Of a DNA stretch of 64,000 nt, positions 36,868-48,944 are shown in pieces (positions within the stretch are counted from its first letter, which is position 1; each line of letters opens with the position of its first letter). The notes beneath the pieces are model-generated. The model had not been told where the DNA came from and ran no database searches. It was given only the letters and a program-made list of their open reading frames with translations. Both the position numbers and the translations under genes were made by a program. The stretch is from Mobula birostris. Its lineage: Eukaryota. The stretch lies in the NCBI RefSeq assembly GCF_030028105.1, contig NC_092379.1:20809309-20873308 (forward strand). The letters are read 5' to 3'.

Positions 36868-37170
36868 AGTTGTCTGTCTTTATCCAAAATCCCTCCATTG
36901 AAGAGATGTGGATCAACCAGACCGCTACTCTGGTGTGTATGATCGTGGGTGCTGATCTGAGCCAGGTTCAAATCCACTGGCAGGTGAACGAGAGGGAGAA
37001 AATCAAAGCAAATGTGACCCAAAAACTGAGAAAGGAAGAAACCCAAGACACAGTGATCAGCCAAATCCAGACCAGTGTGGAGGAGTGGACCAGTGGGGTG
37101 GAGTACACTTGCTCTGCCCAACAACCTTCTGCAACCTCACCAGTATCAGCACGGACAAAAAGTACCAAAG
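36868..37170 (+). CDS. IgW: CH7 exon (paralog of CH3)
   Basis: Acceptor tctacag|AG. Same 303-nt length as CH3, 51/101 identical residues by my count. Donor AAAG|GTGGGC. Confidence 0.93.
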
Positions 37171-37253
37171 GTGGGCAAGAGGTCAGCGATTAAAATGGAC
37201 AACGTTGGTCACCTCAGTAAAAATGTTTGACATTTCCATTGTTTGCCCATCAG

Positions 37254-37577
37254 TTCCACTGGAGACAAAAAGTCCCAAAGTCAGACTGCTTCCACCGCCA
37301 GAGGGAGAGACCAAGAATGGGAACACGGTCACCCTCGAGTGTGTTGCTTCTGGATTCTACCCGGAACAAATAACCGTCACCTGGGAGAAAGGGGACTCTC
37401 TGATCTCTTCCAAAACCAGTGTGAGACCAACTGCTCTGGAACAGGCAGGGACTTTCATTGCCAGCTACGTACTGACCGTGAGCACAGAGGAGTGGAAGGA
37501 AGGCTCAGTTTTCAGATGCACAGTGTCTCATCCCCCCTCCAACACCAGTGTCAGGCAGGATGTGAAAAACATTCAAG
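37254..37577 (+). CDS. IgW: CH8 exon (paralog of CH4)
   Basis: Acceptor cccatcag|TT, 6 nt upstream of the CH4-equivalent position. 68/106 identical residues by my count. Donor G|GTATGA. Confidence 0.9.
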
Positions 37578-38019
37578 GTATGATTCTGAGATTCACTCCG
37601 CTGTTGACATCCTCTGCCACAGTCACAACCCAGGGACAAGCAAGGTCAATAGGTAACAGCAAGTCTGGCATTGTTGTAGTTGTGTGAGTGGATTAATAAT
37701 GCAGAGGCAGAGAGTGGGAAAGAAGCAGAGTTCATCCGATGCTTTCAAAACTTAACTCTCTTCTAAACTACCAACACAAGGTCTGTCTGTCCATCAGTAA
37801 ATACCCATCTGGGCCCCTCTGTTGCATCTCAAACAGATGTGCAAGAGTGCAGCACTCCCTCAGTACTAGTACCAGGATCATTGACCTACAGTCTGTTCCC
37901 AAGCCTCGGGACGATGGCTGGAACACACAACCAGAGGTGACTGTGTTGGATTCTAGCTTTAGATTACAAACTATTTCTCTGATGTTCTTTGGTGAAGGAC
38001 ACTGGCCTTTCTACCCTGT

Positions 38020-38556
38020 TTAGGGTGATGCTGAGGATGTTTTACGAGTCTGTGTTGGCCAGTGCTATCATGTTTGCTGTTGTGTGCTGGGGCAGCAGGC
38101 TGAGGGTTGCAGACACCAACAGAATCAACAAACACATTCATCAGGCCAGTGATATAGTGGGCATGCAACTGGACTCTCTCACGGTGGTGTCTGAAAAGAG
38201 GATGCTGTCTAAGTTGCATGCCATCTTGGTCAATGTCTCCCATCCACTACATAATGTACTGGGTGGGCACAGGAGTACATTCAGCCAGAGACTCATTCCA
38301 CCGAGATGCAGCACAGAGCATCATAGGAAGTCATTCCTGCCTGAGGCCATCAAACTTTACAACTCCTCCGTTGGAGGGTCAGACACCCTGAGCCAATAGG
38401 CTGGTCCTGGACTTATTTCATAATTTACTGGCATAATTTACATATTACTATTTAACTATTTATGGTTCTATTACTATTTATTATTTATGGTGCAACTGTA
38501 ACGAAAATCAATTTCCCCCGGGACCAATAAATTATGACTATGACTATGATATGACT
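38020..38556 (+). mobile_element. Rex/Babar LINE 3' fragment with (TATGAC)n tail
   Basis: ORF FYESVLASAIMFAVVCWG...HPLH...SFLPEAIKLYN, AATAAA at 38526, tandem TATGAC tail. Confidence 0.85.
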
Positions 38557-39959
38557 ATTACCCATATCCATTAGTCCCACACCAAACTCTTCACTGCTCT
38601 TTGATGGGCCTGCTGAAGCAGAGCAAGGAATTCCAGCCTCATCAGTGAGGGAATGATGAAATAATGACTGCATGGTCAATGTTTGCACACCAACATCTCG
38701 GAAACATGAAGCAAGTCTATCTGTCAGCAGAACTGGCGGAACTGAGTTCCATCAGAGCAGGCATTGTGGAATGTAACTGGACATCAGACAGTTGTTGAGT
38801 TCCAGTAAACCAGAGAGATGCACAGTACTCAGCCAGGCACAGAGCTAGTTCTGAAGCAATGGTACAGAGTACACTTATGATGCTCTCTCAATGTTATCCC
38901 TTTCTCTGTTCACAAGTGTTTTCTAACCCACTGAACACTTTCCACAATTTATCTTTCATTTCCAAAAGTAAAACACCTTCATATTTTCGAAAAAGGAAGT
39001 CCACTCCCAATAAGAACCCTCTGAAGTTACCCTTCCCCACCAGATGAGATGGAAAGAAGTTGGGTCACTGGGTTCTCTGCAGCAGAGATTCCCATGGACA
39101 GAGTGGTCAACAACTCCAATTGTCAACCTTCAATTGATGGTTGATCCTACAACAGTGTGGTTTACATCACAGAAACATGCAAGGTTATCTGCAAGTCCTT
39201 TCTTATTAGCTCAAAATGGAAATATATATTTCATGATTAAATATATCTAAATAAATTACCAACATTTCTGAGATCCTGCAGTTCTTGTTAAAACTTTCTT
39301 GTGTCAGGTCTGATCCTGTTGGAAACTTGTGTTGACGACTTGACAGGTTAAAAGTCAGCCTGTGTTTGTGTAATCAAAGTTCAATAACGAAGGTATGGAA
39401 AGCATTCGGCTCCCAGTGTTCCGTGCCGGTATGTTTTGGGATACAATTGTGTGACTTAAACCTGAGGGGCTGGAAGTGTTGCATGGCTGGTTCTGTCCTT
39501 CATGGTATAAGCAGATAGATAGACATTCAAATAGATATAGGTATACGTGTATTATAGTTTCCACTGTGCAAATGATAGAACATTCTGGATTGGTCTGCAG
39601 TTTCAAAGGTTAATTGACAGGGAAAGGTATTTCATCAACTTTGTGAAGACAATTGGTGAACTCATTCAGAAAGTGAAGAGTTACAGAAAGAAGGGACAAT
39701 ATGTAGACAGTGATGTCCTGTGACCTGCAGCAATGTGTTCAGTGCTGACACTATTCACTAGATTTATTCATGGTTTAGATATTGGGCAGAAACACACATG
39801 ACCAATTTTTGCCACTCACACAAGGCTGGCAGATCTGTCAGCATCTGGAAGGCTTTAACTGCAGAGACAATAATTGATGAAATGAATAGGAGGGATTGCT
39901 AAGCGTACCTGCACTCCTCAGTGCATATTACAAGTTGGGATGATGTTTAATGAACGCTA

Positions 39960-40592
39960 AGCGAAGATCTGGTCAATAGGAGAGGAGGAGAAGAGGGTGG
40001 CGCGACGCAGCTTGCGCGACCACTCCGGTGAGTGATATCTGTAATCTGTCAAGTATGGTGCCGTGCACAATCCTGATTTGATGGAGACAGACGTGAGAGA
40101 ACGGAGGAACATCTGGAGAAACTACTGAAATGCCTTTTTCACTGCCGCTGTTACCATGTGATCCAGAATCTCCGGAGGAGAAAGCCCCGAATCCTCGGCA
40201 TTGCTTGTTGCTCAGCAGCGGGATGGGGTCGAAGTGCTTGGCTGAAATGGCGCTCGGTGTCGAAGGGCTGGTCAGAGCCTCAAAGTTTTCAGACGGACTC
40301 AGAGCTCAGAGTCAGCTGTGGTGCCTGGAGGTTTATGGCAGAGGGAGTCAATCAGAACTTTGAGACCTTTTTTTTACCATTCCCATGGTCTGCTCTTTAT
40401 CAAATTATGGTATTGCTTTGCACTGATGTAACTATATGTTATAATTATGTGGTCTTGTCAGTGTCAGTCTTTGGTTTGTCTTGTTTTTTTTTGTGATATC
40501 CCTGGAGGAACATTGTATCATATCTTAATGTATGCATGCATTTCTAAATGACAATAAACGAGGACCGAGTGTCCTCATAATCTAATTTAATA
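39960..40592 (+). mobile_element. Non-LTR retroelement 3' region with TAATC tail
   Basis: Homologous to 8405-8745. AATAAA at 40553-40558. Confidence 0.65.
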
Positions 40593-40798
40593 ATCTATTC
40601 TAATATATTTAGCGGACAGAACACAGTCGATTCAGAGAAACTAGTTCATTTATTTCTGCCCAGGGGCTTCCAAGTTACAAATGACATGCTGTGAGGAAAC
40701 ATGACTCAAGTTATCAAGTTTACTCAAGTTTATTGCCATGTTGATCTTCAAGAAACATCAACAAGAAACTAACTGTCTCACTTTCTCAATTCTTTCAG

Positions 40799-40941
40799 AA
40801 ACCTGCACAGACTTGACAGGAGAGGAGGGGAAGGAAGAACAGGGACACGTGGATGGAGATGACAATGTGCTTACAGTTCCTGTCTTTGCCTTTCTGTTCA
40901 TCATCAGTTTCCTCTACAGCACCTTCATCACCGTTGTCAAG
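40799..40941 (+). CDS. IgW: TM1 exon (ETCTDLTGEEGKEEQGHVDGDDNVLTVPVFAFLFIISFLYSTFITVVK)
   Basis: Strong polypyrimidine acceptor ctttctcaattctttcag|AA in phase 1 (a weaker in-frame AG gives a start at 40811). Acidic spacer, hydrophobic helix with CART-like F..LF..S..YST..T, donor AAG|GTAACT in phase 0. Confidence 0.93.
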
Positions 40942-41154
40942 GTAACTAATTGACTAACAGAGACATCCCATGAAACACAAACTTTCAGCTTCCTTATCTC
41001 ACATTGCATTCTCTGACACTGCAATCCCAACGACAGCACAATCAACAGACAATGCAGTCTGAGGCCCTTCACAACCCTGGGAAAACAGGGAGAGTAGGTC
41101 AGAGTGTTTGAAGTGTGTATATTTTAATGCTGGGAGTATTATGGGTAAGGGTGA

Positions 41155-44100
41155 CAAGACTATAAGACCAGAAAATATAGGAGCAGAAGTTGGCCATTTA
41201 GCCCATCAAGTCTGCTCTGCCATTCAATCATAGACTGATGCCATTCTTCCATTCATCCCCACTCCCCTGCCTTACCCCCATACCCTTTAATGTCCCAGAT
41301 AATCAAGAACCTTTCCATCTCTGCCTTAAATACACCCAATAACTTGGCATCCACAGCCACTCATGACAACAAATTCCACAGATTTACCACCCTCTGGATA
41401 AAATAATTTCTCCGCAGCTCTGTTCTAAATGGATATCCTTCAATCCTGAAGTCATGTCCTCTTGTCCTAGACTCCCCTACCATGGGAAATAACTTTGCCA
41501 TGTCTAATATGTTCAGGCCTTTTAACATTCAGAATGTTTCTCTGAGATCCCCCTCATTCTCCTGAACTCCAGGGAATATAGCCCAAGAGCTGCCAGATGT
41601 TCCTCGTATGGTAACCCTTTCATTCCTGGAATCTTTCTTGTGAATATTCTCTGAACCTTCTCCAATGTCAGTATATTGTTTCTAAAATAAGGAGCCAAAA
41701 ACTGCACACAGTACTCCAAGTGTGGTTTACGAGTGCCTTACAGAACCTCACATCCCTGCTCTTATATTCTATACCTCTAGAAATTAATGCCAACTTTGCA
41801 TTCACCTTCTTCTCCACTTCCCAACCACTGATGTCAGGCTAACAGGTCTATAGTTTCCTTTCTGCTGCCTCCCACCCTACTTAAATAGCGGAGTAACATT
41901 TGCAATTTTCCAGTCATCTGGTACAATGCCAGAATCTATCAATTCTTGAAAGATCATTGTTACTGCCTCTGCAGTCTCTCTAGCTACTTCCTTCAGAACC
42001 CAAGAGTATATTCCATCAGGTCCAGGAGACTTATCCAACCTCAAATCATTCAGCTTCCTGAGTACCTTCTCAGTCGTAATTTTCACTGCACCGACTTGTC
42101 CGATATACTGCAGATGTCTTTACTTTCTCCTGCTGTAATTTTTAATCCACATCCTGGCTGCTGTTTGGAGGCCTGTATACAACTGCCATTGAGGTCCTTT
42201 TACCCTTGCCATTCCTTAACTCAACCCGTAGAGACTCTACACCTTCTGATCCAATGTTATCTGTTTCTACTGACTCAGTATTATTTCTTATAAAGAGGGC
42301 AACACTATCCCTTCTGCCTACTAACCTATCTTTCCAATACACCATATATCCTTGGGCACTCAGCTCCCAATGTCAGCCATCCTTTAGCCAAGATGAAATT
42401 AGAGCACGGATCAGTTTGTGGAACTACAATCTTATAGCCATTACAGAAACTTGGTCAAGAGAGGGGAAGGAATGGGTGATTAATGTACCAGGTTCTTTAA
42501 GGAGAGTGAAACCACACTAATGGGATTGTACTACAGACCCCCTAATAGCCAACGGGACACTGAGGAATGAATATGTAATGAGGTTAAGGAAAAGTGTAAA
42601 AATAATATTGTTGTCATGGGGGATTTCAACCTCCCTAATATAAACCAGGGCTATCTTAGTGTAAGAGATTCCGATAGGGCTGAATTTGTTCAGTGCATCC
42701 AGGGAGATTTCCTAAATCAAGATGTGTATGATCCAATGAAAGGAGGGGGCCATTCTGTTCCTGGTGTTGTAGAATGAGCCTGGCCAAGTGACTGACCTTT
42801 CAGTGGGTGAACGGCAAGGGAACAATGACAACTCATTAACTTTCAGGACAGCTATTGACAAGGATTGGTATCCTTGTGGAACAATTTTAAATTGTCATAG
42901 GGCAATTTACAAGAGTATTCGGCAGGAGCTAAGTGTTAATTGGAAATACCTTTTCACTGGCAAGTCCACATCAGACATGTGGAGGGTATTTAAAGAGCAA
43001 TTGCACAAAGTGCAGGAAAGGTATGTTCCTGTCAGAAGGAAGGATGGGGATGGGAAGGCAAAAGAACCTTGGATGTCCAGAGAGGTGATGAATTTAGTCA
43101 AGAAGAAAAAGACAAATTATGTAAAGCTTCAGAAAGTTGAATCAAACAAAGCACATGAGGGGTATAAAGAAACCAGAAAGGAACTGAAAGGAACGAAGAA
43201 AGCCAGGAGAGGCCATGAAAAGTTCTTGATAAGTTGGATTAAGGAGAACCCCAAGGCATTTTATACATACATCAAGACCAAGAGCATAACTCGGGAGAGG
43301 GTGGGACCACCTAATGATAAAGGGGAGAATATTTCCTTTGATGCAGAGAATGTGAGTGAGGTACCTTATGAGTACTTTGTTTCAGTATTTACAAAGGAAA
43401 AAGATGTGATGGACCAGGAGATCAGTGCTGAGTGTATAAGTAAATTAGGGCATTTAGAGGTAAAGGTGGAGGAATCGTTGAGCCTCCAAAAAAGGATTAA
43501 GATGGACAAGTCCTCAGGACAAATGTTACATAGAAACTTAAAAAACTTACAGCACAATACAGGCCCTGTGGTCCACAATGCTGTGTCGAACATGTACTTA
43601 CTTTAGAAATTACCTAGGGTTACCTATAGCCCTCTATTTTTCTAGGCTCCATCTACCTGTTGAGGAGCCTCTTAAAAGACCCTATTGTATCCACCTTCAC
43701 CACCATCACCGGCACCCCATTCCACACACTCACCACTCTCTGTGTAAAAACTTATCCCTGACATCTGCTCTGTACCTACTTCCATGGACCTTAATATTGT
43801 GCCCTCTCGTGTTAGCCAATTCAGTCCTGGGGAAAAGCCTCTGACTATCCACACAATCAATGCCTCTCATCATCTTGTACTCCTCTATCAGGTCACCTCT
43901 CATCTTTCGTCGCTCCAAGGAGAAAAGGCCAAGTTCACTCAGCCTATCCTCATATGGCATGCTCCCCAATCCAGGCAACATCCTTGCAAATCTTGTCTGC
44001 ACCCTTTCTATAGTTTCCACATTCTTCCTGTAGTGAGGTGACCAGAACTGAGCACAGTACTCCGTGGAGTCTAACCAGGGTCCTATACAGCTGTAACATC

Positions 44101-46310
44101 ACCTCTCGGCTCTTGAACTCAATCCCACAATGCACCATATGCCATCGTAACCACAGAGTCAACCTGCAGGGCAGCTTTGAGTGTCCTATGGACATGGACC
44201 CTAAGATCCCTCTGATCCTCCACACTGCCAAGAGTCAACCAAATTCTGCCATCATGTTAGACCTACCAAAATGATCCACCTCACACTTAACTGGCTCAAT
44301 CGCCATCTGCTACTTCTCTGCCCAGATTTGCATCCTATTGGTCTCGCTGTATACTCTGACAGCCCTCCACACTATCCACAATACCTCCAACCTTTGTGTC
44401 ATCGGCAAATTTACTAACCCATCCCTCCAATTCCCCATCCAAGATATTTATAAAAATCGCAAAGAGAAGGGGTCCCTGAACAGATCCCTGAGGCACACCA
44501 CTGGTCACCAAACTCCATGCAGAATATGACCCGTCTACAACCACTGTTTGCCTTCTATGAGCAAGCCAATCTGGATCCGCAAAGCAGTGTCCCCTTGGAT
44601 CCCATGCTTCCTTACTTTTTCAAGAAGCCTTGCATGGGGTACCTTATCAAATACCTTGCTGAAAACCATATAGACTAATGTTGTACCTCTACTAAAGAAG
44701 GGAACAAGTGAAAATTCTGGGAACTATAGAGTGGTGAGTGTCATGCCAGTTGAAGGGAAATTGCTGAAGAAAAATCTTGTGGATAGATTATCTGACCATT
44801 TGCAAACCTCTGGCCTAAGTAGGGAGAGCCAGAACGGCTCTCTGTGGGGCAAGTCATGCCTTAAAACTTGATTGGGATTTTTGACAAAGTGACAAGACAG
44901 ATTGGTGAGGGCAGGGCAGTGGATGCTGTCCACACGGATTTTAGTAAGGCATTTGACAAAGTCCCCCATGGGAAACTAATCCAGAAGATTAAGATGCATG
45001 GGATATGCGGCAAATTAACTTTTTGGATTCAGAACCGGCTTACTCATAAAGAGAGTGGGTAGTGGTTGAAGGGACATGTTCAACCTGGAGGTCTGTGATT
45101 AGTGGAGTTCCACAGGTGTCTGTACTGGGACTATCGTTGTTTGTAATGTATACAAATGATCTGGATGAAAATGTCGATGGGTTGGTTAGTAAATCTGTGC
45201 ATGATTCCAAGACTGGTGGAGATTCCAGGGATAGTCCAGAAGACATTGAGAGGAGCAGGCCAACATTGATTGAAAGGGGACACTGGCAGGAATGATGGCA
45301 CAGCAGCAATGGCTGGTGATTCTGACAGCAAATTGGAAGGCACAAGATAGATGCATCCGAAAGAAGAAATATTCTAAATGTGGGATGATGACAGGCAGCA
45401 TCGATGGAAGAGAGTAAACAAACAATGTTTTGGGCCAAGAGCCTTCATCAGTCTGAAACATTGATGATTGACTCTTTTTCACAGATGCTGCCAGGCCTGC
45501 TGAGCTCCTTCAGCATTTTATGTGTGTTAGAACCCATGGTATTCCAGGAAAGATACTGGCATCGATGGAACACTGGCTGATTGGCAGGAGGCAAAGAGTA
45601 GGCAAACAAAAGAGGACCTTTTCTGGTTGGCTGCCAGTGAATAGTGGTGTTCCACAAGGGTCTGTGTTCCAACTGCTTCTTTCCATGTCAACTGCCAATA
45701 ATTTGGATAACGGAATTGATGGCTTTTATGTCCAAGTTTGCAGATGATACAAAGAGAGGTGGAGGGGAAAGCAGAGTTGTGGAAGCACAGAGGCTACAGA
45801 AGTACTTTGAAAGATAAGGACAATGGTCAAAGAAGTGGCCGATATGAGGAGGTGATAGACTGGAGCTACAGGGAGGAGATTACCACAAGGTTGCAGGAGA
45901 CAGGTGTCTGGGTGACTGTCAGGAGAAGGAAGGCAAATGTACAAGAAGTGCAGAGAACACCTGTGGCTGTTCCCCTCAATAACAAATCTATAACTTTATA
46001 TACTATTGAAGGGGAGCCAGAGTGACCGGGTCTCTGGCACTGAGTCTGGTGATGTGGCTCAGAAGAGGAGAGAGGTGAAGAGGAATGCAGTGATGATAGA
46101 AGATTCCCTAAACAGAACAGGACGAGGTTCTGTGGGCTCGATAGAGACACACAGGTGGTATGTTGCATCCCTGCTGTCAGGATCAGGGATATCACAGATT
46201 GTGTCCATGGCATTCCCAATGGTGAGCATGAACAGTCAGAAGTCTTTGTTACGAGACACTCCCAACTGCACCAGCTTCCGGGAGTACGGATAGCTGGCAC
46301 AACCCCCTTA
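41155..46310. mobile_element. Nested stack of CR1 fragments in both orientations, including a Penelope-type palindrome at about 45385-45535
   Basis: Repeated CR1 endonuclease/RT motifs (YRPPNS, DKSPGPDG, FSKAFDKVPHG, KFADD) and CR1 tails. Internal boundaries not resolved. Confidence 0.8.
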
Positions 46311-46329
46311 AGGGATCAGGATGATCCTG

Positions 46330-48300
46330 CTAATTGATAATCATGTTTGGGTGCCAGGAATTGAGTATTTAAGGAACAGCTGAACAGAAGTTCAGTGCTC
46401 AATGGTGAACTAACTTGTGCGATCATCCAGCATTTGTTTTGTGCTCAGCTCTAATTTGATACCATGACTAGAAGCTTGCTTCATTTACCCCAGCAACTGG
46501 GTCCAAACCATCCTCATCAAGGACTCTCGTCTCAGTACAATTGAACCAACATGGACCCAGTGGAATATCAAAATCTTTCGTCCACTGTGGTGAGCCACAG
46601 TGAAAGGATTTCCAGACAAGGCCTGGAGATTAACGACTTCCTGGTATCTGTTCATCAACTTACTCAAGGAGGAAGCCAAGGTTGCTTGGGAGAACCAGTT
46701 GGTGCTTCCGTGGAGCCAGCACGTCTTCCAAACCCGGAGAGATTCGACAGTGACTCGGGTTCTTGCTGTGGATTCCTCAGCCAATGCTCATTCGTGTTTG
46801 AACTACAGCTGTCCCGGTTCCTTTCAGAGCGAGGAAAAGTCGCATTCATTATCTCTCCAGGACTGGAAAAGTCCTGGCCTCGGCCACTGTGCATCGGGAA
46901 CATCGGTCTGAGGAATTCATGGCTGCCATGAGGAAGATGTTTAATCACCTCACTGGAGCCAGCTGAGACTCAGACCGGCTGATGAAGATTCGACAGGGGG
47001 GATGGTCCACGACCGACAACGCAATCGAATTTTGGACCATGGCCTAGAACAGTGGTTGAAATGGGGAGGCCGTGGCCATGTTCTACAACCATGGATGAAC
47101 TGAAGGACACGTTGCCCTGGGAGAGCCAACTGAGATCTGAGAGGCTTTGAGTGACCAGTCCATCCGTCTCGATAATCATCTGGCAGACCAAAAGTGGGAC
47201 CACTCAAGAAATCAAAGTGAGCCAGTCTGAGCCTAGTCCCTACGCATCACAGTTCCACCCCACAACCTTGGACCATAACCAGCCCTTACCTGCTCAAGAT
47301 CCAGTCGAACCCATGCAGGTCGGTTGTGCTGGACTCTCCGCCGATGAAAGGTCCCGGCATCAGAGTCATTGTCGTGGTTTTACTGTGGGGAAGTATGTCA
47401 CTGACAGGCCGAATATCCGAGGCTGCAACCGTCGATATTGCTAAGACCGTCCAGATTCAGGAGGACTGTGACAGTAGCAGTCGCTACTCCCAATACAACT
47501 GACTCTGGGTTCATGCTGAAGGCGGAGTTCACCCGGGGTAAAAACTTAAGGCAGGTGAGAGCTGCCTGGACTCTGGGGCAGTGGGTTATTTTCTGGATTT
47601 AAGAACCACCCATCGGTTCGACATACTGCTGTGAGAGTTGAGCCGACACATGCCCGCAACTGTTTTGGACGGTCACCCACTAGGTTCCGGGAAGATCCAG
47701 CAACAGACTGTGGATTTGCAGATGAGGATAGGGGATCATGCAGACATTAGTTTCTACATTACTGACTCTCCACTCATACCGCTGATCCTCCGGTACCCTG
47801 GGCTGTCCCAGTGTAACCCATCCATGGACTGGGGGAAAGGCAGAATCATTGCTTGGTCCAGTCCTGATAAGAGGGTTTGTTTGCACTATGGTGTTCCGAG
47901 ACCCAGACTCTCCTGTGACCAAAAACTAATAAGAAGGCAGCCTTCAGTGTTGAGGTAACCTGAGACCGTCTGGAAACCAAGTCCTGACCTTAAGGACAAA
48001 CAAACCATTTCCAGTCACTAGGACTCTGCGAGTCCAAACACTTATCTAGTCATGTCCTCTGGTTCAGGAGAGGTCCAAGCAAATTCCTGAACAGTCTGGG
48101 GAACCTGCAGCCAAGCTTATGGAATCCAGCTGCTAGGTCGAAAGGAAGGGTTAAGACTCCTTTACGCTGAATCTCGAAGTCTGTTTCCAGAAGGGAAATA
48201 ACCCTCTGTAATGCCTCGCTGCTGTTGCCTGAGGATTCAGACGGGGTTTTGAAGAGGAAGAAGTGTTCAAAAGGCAAGATGACACAACCATGGCGAACAA
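46330..48300 (+). mobile_element. Ty3/Gypsy (Sushi-like) gag-protease remnant
   Basis: MDP start, RLPNPERFDSDSGSCCGFLSQCSFVFELQ..F.SERGKVAFII (gag), degenerate zinc knuckle FYCGEVCH, protease LDSGA and downstream DSPLIPLIL..P...NP..DW. Confidence 0.85.
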
Positions 48301-48944
48301 GGGAAGTCAAAGGCAGCATAACAGCTGACGAGAGGGCATATCATTGAGCTGGCATTGGTGGGTAGTTAGAGGATTGGGAAGCATTTAAAACCAACAGAAC
48401 GCAACTATAAAAGTCAGTAAGAAGCATAAGATGGAATGGTAAAGTAAGCTACTCAGTAATATTAAAGAGAACACCAAAAGTTGCTTCAGGTACATAAAGT
48501 GTTAAAGAGAGGCGAGAGAGGGTATCGGACCACTGGAAAACAATGCTGGAAAGGTAGTAATGGGGGACAAGGAAATGGTGGATGAACCAAATAAATATTT
48601 TGCATCAGTCTTCACTGAGGAAGACACTAGCAGTCAGGTAGAAGATCCAGGCATCGGCGTCATGAAGTATGTGAAGCTACCATTACTACCAAAAAGATTT
48701 TTGAGAAATTGAAAGGTCTGAAGGTAGATAATTCACCTGGACCTGATGGTGTACACACAAGGGTTCAGAAAGAGGGAGCTCAAGAGATTGTAGAGGTATT
48801 AGTCATGATTTTTCAAGAATCACTAGATTCTGGAATGGTTCTAGAATTCTGGAAAATTACAAATGTCATTCCACTCTTCAAGAGGGGAGAGAGAAAGAAG
48901 AATGGAAATTATAGGCCAGTTAGTCTGACCTAAGTGGATGGAGG

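Noticed and set aside
44320-44335. Octamer ATTTGCAT
   Set aside because: It falls within CR1 RT coding sequence, with no regulatory context.
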